A stretch of DNA of 64,000 nucleotides from Candidatus Saccharimonadota bacterium (lineage in GTDB: Bacteria > Patescibacteriota > Saccharimonadia > Saccharimonadales > Saccharimonadaceae). Shown in pieces: positions 38,301 to 46,267 of this stretch. Each line of letters begins with the position of its first letter. Within the stretch, counting starts at the first letter, position 1. The translations under genes were made by a program, and so were the position numbers. The notes under the pieces were generated by a model. That model was not told where the DNA came from. It searched no databases and worked only from the letters and a program-made list of their open reading frames with translations. The stretch lies in NCBI GenBank assembly GCA_009785095.1, contig WQXA01000001.1, positions 3,244 through 67,243 on the forward strand. Reading direction: 5' to 3'.

Positions 38301-38843
38301 TTCATCAATAGTGGTAAGCAGACTAGCTATTCGTCCCAGACTTCCAACGTTTGTTGCGATGTCATCAAGAACAATATTCATGGCCTCGTTCGTTCGGTGA
38401 TGCTCATACCCTAGGTTTGGTACATAAATTTCTGACTCTGTCTCTAAACCCATCACATACATTTCATATAATGAGCTGTTATTCCAATTAGAATCATCCC
38501 CTGAAGGCCAAAATGCAGAACCTAAAGCATCCGCCAGTGCCATTGCTCCCACTAGAGCCTTTCTTAACTCTGGTAGCTGTTCTGATTCGGCGAGCATGCG
38601 AAGTATCTCCCTACGCTGCTCGAGCACAGTTGTATCAGAAATCGGTCTTGATATAATGTCATCTGCTATGTAAGATAATCGACTCTCCGTAAATATAGAT
38701 ACGTTACCTTCCTCCTCGGATGGTTCAAACGGTCGATAATCAGATTCATGTTGACCAGTGTAAAATCTAGCTGGCAGGGCTTCAAGTTGATTCGGGGGGG
38801 GGGGCGGCGGTAGCAATAGCAATGTTCGTGATATTGGTCGCAT
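35337..38843 (-). CDS. MutS-family protein with two tandem core-plus-ATPase (domain III/V-like) modules; C11 tract at codons 12-15
   Basis: Module 1: AANGSGKT (~37836..37859), VFYLDEAMSTTSP, LATH. Module 2: GEHSAGKT (~35880..35903), FADEIGSSTSP, VTTHH. Each is preceded by a helical segment with a MutS-core-like ...I..RR.I..L motif. I saw no mismatch-binding domain I and no Smr domain. Confidence 0.6.
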   Translation of the reverse strand: MRPISRTLLLLPPPPPPNQLEALPARFYTGQHESDYRPFEPSEEEGNVSIFTESRLSYIADDIISRPISDTTVLEQRREILRMLAESEQLPELRKALVGAMALADALGSAFWPSGDDSNWNNSSLYEMYVMGLETESEIYVPNLGYEHHRTNEAMNIVLDDIATNVGSLGRIASLLTTIDETFEPSAVSMKYLEYCIRNLLNRDSVDQVRTWMSDEQARCQFGSYPYDRFLSWLPGYGRPDNRYYSGGDTFGHFNHNPSNWADNVLARMVDLVVVTTLASMIAEDEWHPAIPGDTDSEISGAWKFQKPKGEQTLGKGLFNEHSIVVLVAANGSGKTFAMERDFGARIARQALGWVPAEQPNEFELHTSFTMLGRCNSRGIGNHGALVNEFRRWKEALRHIGKKPVFYLDEAMSTTSPLWQAALNLAFARYVQENGGLVCLATHNEHVASMLKKLKDAGLYSFTNDPDNPYQMVEGVADSGFIDVVRSRGLGEDYAGLMEDYLDGSLKISYTPDYPAVPESGYDQTKREEMMERDGGLAYMFPETPHSPAYVPLSKDSDLLSGMSSEQRQLLCNSDPVEFRELIERRRTIEVLAGYGELDDLVDDLNLLGVNLETFLKIVGNKDPSVLLQQLNPIWAFNFQHGFGHKITDEVTPSLSKNGHFNLDGDASYYPIVRDISLAAKALAYVELLELLGFGDFTKLRDSLSFLSSQIDKLRSAHEQELQLYDNSQNRRQYYFLKGINKQHTDKIQERLRQAARLASTAIRKIDFKGSSLEKFWLRDDLKPILEVLAQPETTFDSNQHAYVTGESERQENPNSELISTSIKMGSGIGKLIELMQSEPTIMDALERLEQHRDQIDSVHMRQGILHLQNLVNNRTATPSETVDDSNSTDAWHSDYSPLTKKQRPENPFWQEEPREIAEAIDRLLYLGDLAKRVSSGEYALAKFNDTGEVRLDSVKDIGHGSRHQPFDYSIRSDQAGVTLSGEHSAGKTYGTRHITNAILLAMKMGVVPASYGNLPYFERISYISRIAQEMDVEASAGQHEVDVWADHHRIISGARTAITFADEIGSSTSPKYQAAFAAATLAANAARGHRLVVTTHHDGFLDFAEEASDLGVQGIVLTESGDQIERTIVDGEKVISNPLSFAEKVGLPPQLIRYAREYHDKLTARRR
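38794..38804. repeat. homopolymer tract G11 (C11 on the gene strand)
   Basis: Counted directly. Read as PPPP within LLLPPPPPPPNQ. Confidence 0.95.
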
Positions 38844-39021
38844 TCTCTATATTGATAAGTGTTCAGAAATGAACCAGCAAACGTAAAGTTGGGTTTATCA
38901 ATATCTTGCCTTGAGGCTGTCGGTATAGTAAAATCTGGGGCTCTACGCATAGCAAAAACCTAAAAATCACACTTTAGTTTGTGCTATGTTACATTATTTT
39001 GTACTATCTGTCAAATATCAT

Positions 39022-40053
39022 TTATATTCCGAGTAGCAGTCGCGCGAAACTGAAATAAGCGAAAATTCCGAATATGTCGGCGATGATGGTGACCAAAGGA
39101 GATGAGATCAGGGCAGGGTCGATCCGGACGGCTTTGGCGATAATCGGGAGCAGCGTACCTAATACTTTGGCAAATATTACGGTGGCGAGCAGCCCTAGCC
39201 ACAACACGAATCCTAGCACGATGTTCTGTTCGACGACCATGATGTATGTGAAAATAACTAATCCTAGCAGCGCGCCGGAAACTATCGAGACCATGAATTC
39301 TTTGCTAATGGCTCGGAAATATTGTCGCTGCGTGATTTCGCCGATGGCCATGGATCGGATTATGACGGTGGCAGCCTGTGAACCACCCGCGCCCGCGATC
39401 CCCATAATCATAGGAATAAAAGTAACCAGAATCGGCATTTTGAGAAACGATTCTTCGTAGCGCGCCACTAGCATGCCGGCCAGCAGCGCCGCAAACACCA
39501 AGAATATCAGCCACGGCAATCGTGATTTGACGTGTTGCCAGATTGACGTTGCTAGGTAAGGGCGGTCTTTCTTGGTGCCGACAATACCCGCGCCGGCCGA
39601 TAGCTCGCGGGTGGCTTCGCGCTCAATGATGTCGGGGATTTGCTCGATAGTTACTATGCCGATCAATTTGCGGCTCTTAGCGCTATCGACCACAGGCAGC
39701 GATGGCAAAAGCTCGCGACGCATAATCGCCGCTACGGTCATATTATCGGTCGTCGGCTCGATAACGGTGACATTTGGGTTATAAATTTTTTTGAGGCTCT
39801 CGCCCGTGTCGGACAGAATCAAGCGGCGAATTGAGACTTTGCCAATCACCGCGCCAGCCTCATCGGTGATATAGCAATTAGTCAGCGCAATAGAATTCTT
39901 GCCGATGTCGCGAATGCGATCCAGCGCCTGCTGCACCGTCATATCTAGTTTAAGATCGACAAAATCCTTGGTCATGACTGCGCCAACGCTGTTCGATTGA
40001 CGACTCAGTTTCGTTGATTTGGAGTTGGTTTGTTTTTCCGCGGACTTCTTCAT
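39022..40053 (-). CDS. mgtE: magnesium transporter MgtE (CBS pair plus TM domain, short N-terminus)
   Basis: Two CBS-like repeats followed by a 5-TM MgtE-type domain (MGIAGAGGSQAATVIIRSMAIGEI, PLVTIIADIFG). Confidence 0.8.
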   Translation of the reverse strand: MKKSAEKQTNSKSTKLSRQSNSVGAVMTKDFVDLKLDMTVQQALDRIRDIGKNSIALTNCYITDEAGAVIGKVSIRRLILSDTGESLKKIYNPNVTVIEPTTDNMTVAAIMRRELLPSLPVVDSAKSRKLIGIVTIEQIPDIIEREATRELSAGAGIVGTKKDRPYLATSIWQHVKSRLPWLIFLVFAALLAGMLVARYEESFLKMPILVTFIPMIMGIAGAGGSQAATVIIRSMAIGEITQRQYFRAISKEFMVSIVSGALLGLVIFTYIMVVEQNIVLGFVLWLGLLATVIFAKVLGTLLPIIAKAVRIDPALISSPLVTIIADIFGIFAYFSFARLLLGI

Positions 40054-40056
40054 ATT

Positions 40057-40476
40057 CTACTCACCAGTATAATGCAAAATCTGCCAAATCACGCCGAACT
40101 TGTCCGCGACCATTCCGTATAATTCAGAAAAGAACGGTTTTTGCAGATCCATCAGCACTTTTCCGCCCTCTTTTAGTTCATTGAACAGCCTAGTTACTTC
40201 GTCCGTGCTGTCGGCGCTGACAGTCGGCGAAACGTTGTTGCCCACCACGAGCGGCGCGTTCGACGGCATATCCATCATCATGAGCACACTGTCACCGACT
40301 TTTACGCCCGCATATACGATTTTCTGCTTGTCTTCCTCAGCAACAGGAAAATTCGGGTCCGGCGGAACGCTATCATAAGTCATCATCTCACCCACGTCAG
40401 TTTTAAACACCGTGGCGTAAAATTCTGCTGCCTCGCGGCAATTACCGTCAAAGTTTATAAACATTTCTAGTTTCAT
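40057..40476 (-). CDS. VOC/PhnB-like (3-demethylubiquinone-9 3-methyltransferase domain) protein
   Basis: MKLEMFINFDGNCREAAEFY... PhnB-like N-terminus. Start ATG 40476 follows AAGGAGGGGGG. Confidence 0.6.
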   Translation of the reverse strand: MKLEMFINFDGNCREAAEFYATVFKTDVGEMMTYDSVPPDPNFPVAEEDKQKIVYAGVKVGDSVLMMMDMPSNAPLVVGNNVSPTVSADSTDEVTRLFNELKEGGKVLMDLQKPFFSELYGMVADKFGVIWQILHYTGE

Positions 40477-40531
40477 AAAAGCCCCCCTCCTTATTATCGT
40501 CACTAATACATTGTAACACGCCCAAGCTAAT

Positions 40532-42154
40532 TTATTGTTGAACGAGATTTCGTCGTCGCCAAGATACAAAACCGAGCAGGGCGGCCGTCGCTGCTACGGC
40601 TGTGGCGGCGGCTAGCGGTGCGAACTTGACGGCTTCGGACGGCACCGAGGCGAAATGGCTGAGCGGCGAAATATTCATGATCCACTGATCAACCCGCATC
40701 AGCGGCCCGATCCACGACATAAAGGCAATATAGCCGTAAATCACCCACAGCACCAGCCCGGCCAGGCGCGGCAGCAGCCCAAACAGCGCCACGTACAATC
40801 CGGCCAGCAGCGCCGCCATCGGCCAATAACTGAGCGCGCCAAAGACGTAATCGCTCATATTGACCGACCAACTAGAAAAAGTATTAACACAGAGCGCCAT
40901 AACAAAACCGCTGATCGCCAGCATAACCGCCGCGCCGACCAGCGTCGTTACCAAATGCAGCGATAGCCACCTGACCCGCGACAGACTGGTCGCCAGCAGA
41001 TTCTCGACATGACCCGAACCCTCCTCAGCCCGAGCCCGCGACAGGGCATGAATCACATAAGCCAAAACCATCAACAGCGTGATCATGAGCATAGCCGATA
41101 AAAACGTCGGAATCATCGCGCCACCCCCGCCCATTTCTGCGATCATCCGGGCTAGTTCGGGCGAGCTGTCGTAAACTTTGCTCATTTGCGGCACCAGCGC
41201 ACCGATCACCGACACCAAAGCCAGCGCGCCGCACATCCAACCGATGAAAATATTCTTTTGCAGATAAACAGTCAGACCCGGCGCCGTGCGCAGGAATTTC
41301 CCGGCTCGCGCCCGGCCAGCCCGCGACGGCAAAATCCCGCGGCTTTCGTCACGCAAATTTAATAGCACAAAAGCCACGCCAACCGCCACCACCGCGACAA
41401 CGAGCGGCACCAACAGCGGCCACCACTCCGGGAAAGTTAAACTACGTGTCGCCTGGTTCCAACCAAACGGACTAAGCCACGACGGCCAGGCCGCCTGTAA
41501 AACACCGTTCGAACCGCCGATTTCCCCCAAGAAATCGCCAATGCCGCGCAACATAAAGGCCGCGCCGATCAAAATCGCCGCCATGCCGTTGGCCGATCGC
41601 GTCGACTCAAATAGCTGCGCCAACACCGCCGCGATGCACGCCCAAACGAAACCAAAAGCAGCAAATCCGGCCGCGAACAACCAAACCGAACCGTTGCCCC
41701 AACCGTCGTACAACGCGCCCATGCCGGCGCCCATCAACGCCGCCATCACCACGTTCATAACCAACGCCACGATCAACGCCGCCGACAAACCGGCGCCGCG
41801 ATGGACTCGCCCGCTCATGATCAATTCCTGGGCGCCCATTTCTTCGTTTTGACGCGTGTGACGCATGACAAACAACGTGTTCATAAAAGCAATCACCAAC
41901 CCCCACCACAGCACTGTTTCGAGCGTAAACAATGAACCAAAATTCGGCCCGTCCATCGATCCGACCAAAAACCGCCCGGCCGGCATAGTGTTGAATTGTT
42001 GATACAAAGTATTCAACGTCTCCGGCGCGGCGTAGGTCCCCTTTAGAATCGGGATCATATAGAGCAACATGCCGGTTATCGACAGGATCCAAACCGGCAA
42101 TTTGACGCGATCACGCCGCAAGATTAATTTAATTAGATTCCATGTGCCGGTCAT
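40532..42154 (-). CDS. ABC-2-type exporter permease (multi-TM)
   Basis: About 12 hydrophobic segments. Downstream of the ABC ATPase gene, with an ATGA overlap with the NUDIX gene. Confidence 0.65.
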   Translation of the reverse strand: MTGTWNLIKLILRRDRVKLPVWILSITGMLLYMIPILKGTYAAPETLNTLYQQFNTMPAGRFLVGSMDGPNFGSLFTLETVLWWGLVIAFMNTLFVMRHTRQNEEMGAQELIMSGRVHRGAGLSAALIVALVMNVVMAALMGAGMGALYDGWGNGSVWLFAAGFAAFGFVWACIAAVLAQLFESTRSANGMAAILIGAAFMLRGIGDFLGEIGGSNGVLQAAWPSWLSPFGWNQATRSLTFPEWWPLLVPLVVAVVAVGVAFVLLNLRDESRGILPSRAGRARAGKFLRTAPGLTVYLQKNIFIGWMCGALALVSVIGALVPQMSKVYDSSPELARMIAEMGGGGAMIPTFLSAMLMITLLMVLAYVIHALSRARAEEGSGHVENLLATSLSRVRWLSLHLVTTLVGAAVMLAISGFVMALCVNTFSSWSVNMSDYVFGALSYWPMAALLAGLYVALFGLLPRLAGLVLWVIYGYIAFMSWIGPLMRVDQWIMNISPLSHFASVPSEAVKFAPLAAATAVAATAALLGFVSWRRRNLVQQ

Positions 42155-42600
42155 CGCTCGTCACTCCCTTCTGCTAAAATATCTAACGGGTAAATCTTCC
42201 CATCTCGTACGAGTTTGGCTATGTCCGCCAACTCGCTAAATCGCGTATCTAATCCACCAATATCATCAATCGGCACGAATCTAATATCCAAAGTTTCCTC
42301 CTCAGGCGCGGCGCGGTTTTCGTGGATCAAGCTACCTTTGAAAAAGAAAATCACGGCCATTCGATCGTCAAAATCTTTTTTGCGAATTGATAGAAGCCCG
42401 TTAATTTTCACGTCGTAACCGGTTTCTTCCTTAGTCTCGCGAATCGCGCCCTCGATCAAACTCTCGCCCGGTTCGACATGACCGGCCGGAAAGTTCCACT
42501 TGCCGCGCTGACCGTAATTGTTTTTGCCTTCCTGAATCATCAGAATCTGGCCGTCCTTTTCGACCGAAGTACTAACGAAAACCATAGAAGGCACGGTCAT
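42151..42600 (-). CDS. NUDIX hydrolase
   Basis: Nudix box GHVEPGESLIEGAIRETKEETGY. Start ATG 42600 lies immediately after the stop of the ATPase gene. Confidence 0.85.
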   Translation of the reverse strand: MTVPSMVFVSTSVEKDGQILMIQEGKNNYGQRGKWNFPAGHVEPGESLIEGAIRETKEETGYDVKINGLLSIRKKDFDDRMAVIFFFKGSLIHENRAAPEEETLDIRFVPIDDIGGLDTRFSELADIAKLVRDGKIYPLDILAEGSDER

Positions 42601-42602
42601 TT

Positions 42603-43310
42603 TTATGTCTCGCCCTCGTACTTGCTCAGGAAGACTTTTTGGAGATTTTCGTGCTCGCGTTTTAGCTCGGCCAGGGTATAGACGCCGGCGGTTTTGCCCT
42701 CGCGAATGATCGTGACGCGATCGCACAGCGCCTCGGCCTCGCTCAAAATGTGGCTAGAGAGCAGGATTGTCTTGCCGGCTTGTTTTAGGGCGCGAATTTC
42801 GGCCTGGAAAGTTTGCTCCATCAGCGGGTCGAGTCCGGATGTCGGCTCGTCCAAAATATAGAGCGGCACATCGCTGGCTAATGCTGCGACGACGGCGACT
42901 TTTTGACGATTGCCTTTTGAATAAGTCCGGAATTTCTTGGTCGGGTCGAGTTGGAATTTGGCGAGCAATTCTTTTCGGCGCTTTTCGTCCAAACCACCCC
43001 GCAAAGACCCCAACAGATCAATAATCTCACCACCGGTCAGATTCGGCCAAAAGTTGACATCACCCGGCACGTAGGCCAATTTCTCGTGCAATTTGACGGC
43101 GTTTTTCCACGGATCCTGGCCGAACAATTGGACGTCGCCGGATTTTTTGCGCAACAGCCCGAGAACGATGCGGATAGTTGTTGATTTGCCGGCGCCGTTT
43201 GGCCCGAGGAAACCGTGAATCTCGCCCTCGTGGACATCGAGATCAAAACCGTCGAGCGCTTTTACTTTACCGAAATATTTGTGTAAGTCCTTGATAGATA
43301 TTATGCTCAT
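42603..43310 (-). CDS. ABC transporter ATP-binding protein
   Basis: [18 protein letters not shown] signature variant, [12 protein letters not shown]. Confidence 0.9.
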   Translation of the reverse strand: MSIISIKDLHKYFGKVKALDGFDLDVHEGEIHGFLGPNGAGKSTTIRIVLGLLRKKSGDVQLFGQDPWKNAVKLHEKLAYVPGDVNFWPNLTGGEIIDLLGSLRGGLDEKRRKELLAKFQLDPTKKFRTYSKGNRQKVAVVAALASDVPLYILDEPTSGLDPLMEQTFQAEIRALKQAGKTILLSSHILSEAEALCDRVTIIREGKTAGVYTLAELKREHENLQKVFLSKYEGET

Positions 43311-43464
43311 AACGGTTACGATTATAGCACAGAATATGATAAAATAGACAATGCTCGATTCTGCTAAGGAAAAAGAGCAGGCCAGCTCGGTTTTTCGCGA
43401 GCGAAAAACTCGGCTTTGCCGACTGGCCGCCGAGAAAAAACGTAGTTTTGTCTCGGGGATTTAT

Positions 43465-43540
43465 CGGGGCTTGGCGCAGTTGGTAGCGCGCCGCGCTGGG
43501 GGTGCGGAGGTCGCCCGTTCGAGTCGGGTAGCCCCGACCA
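43465..43540 (+). tRNA. tRNA-Pro (anticodon GGG), C1:G72, G37, CCA encoded
   Basis: Folded by hand: acceptor CGGGGCT/AGCCCCG, D-arm GCGC-AGTTGGTA-GCGC, anticodon stem CCGCG/TGCGG with loop CTGGGGG, T-arm GCCCG-TTCGAGT-CGGGT. Confidence 0.9.
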
Positions 43541-43576
43541 CGGATTTGACGCAGTTCGATTTGTCTGACATCAGGG

Positions 43577-43605
43577 TTGACTTTAGCGAGATTGAAAAAT
43601 ATAAT
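43577..43605 (+). promoter_or_regulatory. consensus promoter TTGACT-17-TATAAT, 8 nt upstream of ATG 43614
   Basis: Hexamers and spacing read directly. Confidence 0.6.
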
Positions 43606-43613
43606 TGAAGGAA

Positions 43614-43924
43614 ATGAGACAGGAAAGTTACCCCCCCCCTTCCGGCCTGACCTCGACAGGATCGCGGAACTCGGAAGAGGGTTTCATGGCGGGGATGCGT
43701 CTCTTGTCCCTATCGCGTCTTCCGGATTCCCGAACCTTTCCCCGTACCCGCATGAGCTGAGCGACGAAAAGGTTTATGAAGCGGTTCTAGGCGCTGAAGG
43801 AATTGGGATTACGATGACACCGAAGGGCGTAGATAAGTATGTGAAAACGGTTACGCCTCCAGATCCGAGGGATTTCGAACCCATAGGTCGCATGGCCAGA
43901 TTTCTTCTTGGGCGGTTCATTTAA
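43614..43924 (+). CDS. hypothetical small protein (orphan); apparently out of phase at the C9 tract if ATG 43614 is the start
   Basis: ATG 43614 (frame 0) enters the C9 tract after 5 codons. The 100-codon open frame that ends at 43924 is in another frame and would be joined with C10 or C7. The only in-frame start is TTG 43577, which is itself the -35 hexamer. Confidence 0.4.
43631..43639. repeat. homopolymer tract C9
   Basis: Counted directly. Confidence 0.95.
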
Positions 43925-43958
43925 TCTCGAGAGTCTCTGAGGCTACGTTACTACGAAT

Positions 43959-43987
43959 TTGACGAAACGGTTTTGGCAATGTATAAT
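43959..43987 (+). promoter_or_regulatory. promoter TTGACG-17-TATAAT
   Basis: Read directly. Followed by RBS GAGAGGAGAG and ATG 44013. Confidence 0.55.
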
Positions 43988-44012
43988 GGAACTCCATGAG
44001 AGGAGAGATTTC

Positions 44013-45524
44013 ATGAAAAGAAAAAGTATTAAAAATTCTTCACGGTCGGTTCGTGGGGGAGCGACGAGCCAGAGTTGTTTCGACGACGAGAAATATATCA
44101 AACTCCAGAGCGCAAAAATTGCCGAGCGGATCGAGCTATTTGGTGATAAACTTTATTTGGAATTTGGCGGCAAGATTTTTGATGATTTGCATGCCGCGCG
44201 AGTTTTGCCAGGATTTCGGCCGGGCATTAAAACTGAGGTGCTACTACAATTCCGCGACAAAGCCGAAATTATTTTCTGTATCAACGCGGGCGACATCGAG
44301 AAACGGCGCGTCCAGAGCAATCACAACGTGACCTATGATATTGAGCTATTGTGGCTGATAAAGGATTTTGAGGCTTTAGGTATATCGACGGCGGCGGTCG
44401 TGATCACGCTTTATGCCGGTCAACCTTCGGCCGAGAAATTCAAAAACCAGCTAGAACATCGCGGCATCAAAGCCTATTTCCACACTCACACCAAAGGCTA
44501 CCCGACCGATGTCGATACCATCGTCAGTGAGGCGGGCTACGGCGCCCAGGCCTACATCAAGACCACCAAACCGCTCGTCGTGGTAGCGGCGCCGGGGCCG
44601 AACAGCGGCAAGCTGGCGACGTGCTTGGCGCAGCTGTACCACGAGCACCGGCGCGGTGTGCGGGCTGGTTATGCCAAATATGAAACTTTCCCGGTGTGGG
44701 ATTTACCTCTGAAACATCCGGTGAATATGGCTTACGAAGCTTCGACGGCTGATCTCGGCGACGTCAATATGATCGACAATTTTCATCTAGAAAAGTACGG
44801 CGTGACGGCCACGAGCTACAATCGGGATATGGCGGTCTTCCCGATCCTTAAAAATATTTTGCACCGAATTACCGGCCAGGATCTCTACTATTCGCCGACC
44901 GACATGGGCGTTAATCTGATTGGCCAATGTATCACGAACGAGACTTGCGTGCGCCGCGCTAGCAGCAACGAAATTATCCGGCGCTATCTAAATAGTTTGT
45001 GCGATTACAAAAATGGTTTATGGGGTGCGAATATGCCGGAGCGGATTAAGATTCTAATGGACGAACTAGGCATTAGTGTGGCCGATCGGCCGGTCGTGGC
45101 GGCAGCGCTAGTTACTCAAACGAAAAAGAAAGCCAACGCGGTGGCGATTGAGCTCGACGATGGGCGGATTATCACCGGTCGCGATACTAAAATCATGTCG
45201 GCTTCGGCGGCGGCTGTCGTCAACGTCATCAAAGAACTGAGTGGAATCGAGGACAAAATTCACTTGATCTCGCCGGTTAATTTGCATCCAACGCTGAAAT
45301 TGAAACAGGAAGTCTATCACGAGAGTCGGCTGAATCTGCTCGATGTCTTGATGGTGCTGGCCGTTAGCGCTACCACCAATCCAACGGTCGAGCTGGCGCT
45401 GTCGAAACTGCCCGATTTGCGTGACTTGGAGGCGCATTCAACGGTCATGCTGCCACGAGCCGAGATTAACACCCTGAAAAAATTGGGACTCAATATTACT
45501 TGCACTGATGAGTTTGCGATGTAA
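44013..45524 (+). CDS. DUF1846 / UPF0371-family protein
   Basis: FDDEKYIKLQSAKIAERI...LYLEFGGKIFDDLHAARVLPGF matches the UPF0371 N-terminus from memory. About 500 aa. Confidence 0.6.
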   Translation: MKRKSIKNSSRSVRGGATSQSCFDDEKYIKLQSAKIAERIELFGDKLYLEFGGKIFDDLHAARVLPGFRPGIKTEVLLQFRDKAEIIFCINAGDIEKRRVQSNHNVTYDIELLWLIKDFEALGISTAAVVITLYAGQPSAEKFKNQLEHRGIKAYFHTHTKGYPTDVDTIVSEAGYGAQAYIKTTKPLVVVAAPGPNSGKLATCLAQLYHEHRRGVRAGYAKYETFPVWDLPLKHPVNMAYEASTADLGDVNMIDNFHLEKYGVTATSYNRDMAVFPILKNILHRITGQDLYYSPTDMGVNLIGQCITNETCVRRASSNEIIRRYLNSLCDYKNGLWGANMPERIKILMDELGISVADRPVVAAALVTQTKKKANAVAIELDDGRIITGRDTKIMSASAAAVVNVIKELSGIEDKIHLISPVNLHPTLKLKQEVYHESRLNLLDVLMVLAVSATTNPTVELALSKLPDLRDLEAHSTVMLPRAEINTLKKLGLNITCTDEFAM

Positions 45525-45563
45525 ATGTGGTAGAATGTTTTTAAATCTTAAAGAAGGAGAGTG

Positions 45564-46262
45564 ATGAGATTATTACTAAAACTTAGCGGCGAGCAATTAG
45601 CGGGCGATAATCCGCGCGGTTTCGATATCGAACGTGCTAAATGGATCGCGGCCGAAGTCCATAAAGCCCAAGACACCGGCGCCGAGGTGGTGGTGACTGT
45701 CGGGGCGGGGAACTTTGTGCGCGGCGAGTATTTCGCGGGGGCGAATGTCCGACAAGTCACGGCCGACAACATGGGCATGTTGGCGATCGTTATCAACACG
45801 CTGGCTTTGGCGGATGTTTTTAATAGCGTCGGCGTGCAGGCAGCGGTCTTGAGCAACATTAGAGCCGACCAAGTCGTCGACCAATACACTCATCGGCGGG
45901 CGCTGTCGCACTTGGCCAAAGGTCGCGTGGTCATCGTTGGCGGCGGCACTGGTCGGCCGTACGTGACAAGCGATTCGGCGGCGGTGTCGTTGGCACTGGA
46001 GCTCGATTGCGATGTGGTGCTAAAAGCCACCAAAGTCGACGGCGTGTTCGATTCTGATCCGGAAAAGAATCCGGCGGCCAAGAAAATCAATGCGATGTCG
46101 CTGTCCGAAGCCGTCGAAAATCCGAAAATCAAAGTCATGGACAAAGCCGCCCTCGGCCTGGCGGCTGATTTCAACAAACCAATCGTCGTGTTTGAACTCT
46201 TAAAAGAAGGCAACATCAGGAAAATCGCCGAAGGCAAAACCGTCGGCACTAGGATTGAGTAA
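45564..46262 (+). CDS. pyrH: UMP kinase
   Basis: LLKLSGEQL, VVVTVGAGNFVRG, IVGGGTGRPYVTSDSAA. Confidence 0.92.
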   Translation: MRLLLKLSGEQLAGDNPRGFDIERAKWIAAEVHKAQDTGAEVVVTVGAGNFVRGEYFAGANVRQVTADNMGMLAIVINTLALADVFNSVGVQAAVLSNIRADQVVDQYTHRRALSHLAKGRVVIVGGGTGRPYVTSDSAAVSLALELDCDVVLKATKVDGVFDSDPEKNPAAKKINAMSLSEAVENPKIKVMDKAALGLAADFNKPIVVFELLKEGNIRKIAEGKTVGTRIE

Positions 46263-46267
46263 CGTTA

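Noticed and set aside
38821-38886. Plus-strand frame ...IGRILYIDKCSEMNQQT* faintly resembling the C-terminus (...AGPIILSSSSVNEQ*) of the 34887..35321 gene. This could be another displaced 3' end flanking the MutS-like island.
   Set aside because: The similarity needs gaps and is weak. The segment is AT-rich rather than host-like and overlaps the MutS-like gene start. It does not meet the standard of the other three cases.
43351-43608. 85-aa ORF spanning the tRNA-Pro gene.
   Set aside because: It is fully explained by the tRNA and its flanks and has no coding signal.
43541-43958. Classical tRNA-targeted genomic island next to tRNA-Pro.
   Set aside because: There is no duplicated tRNA 3' segment at the far end and no integrase. 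Only one small orphan gene is present.
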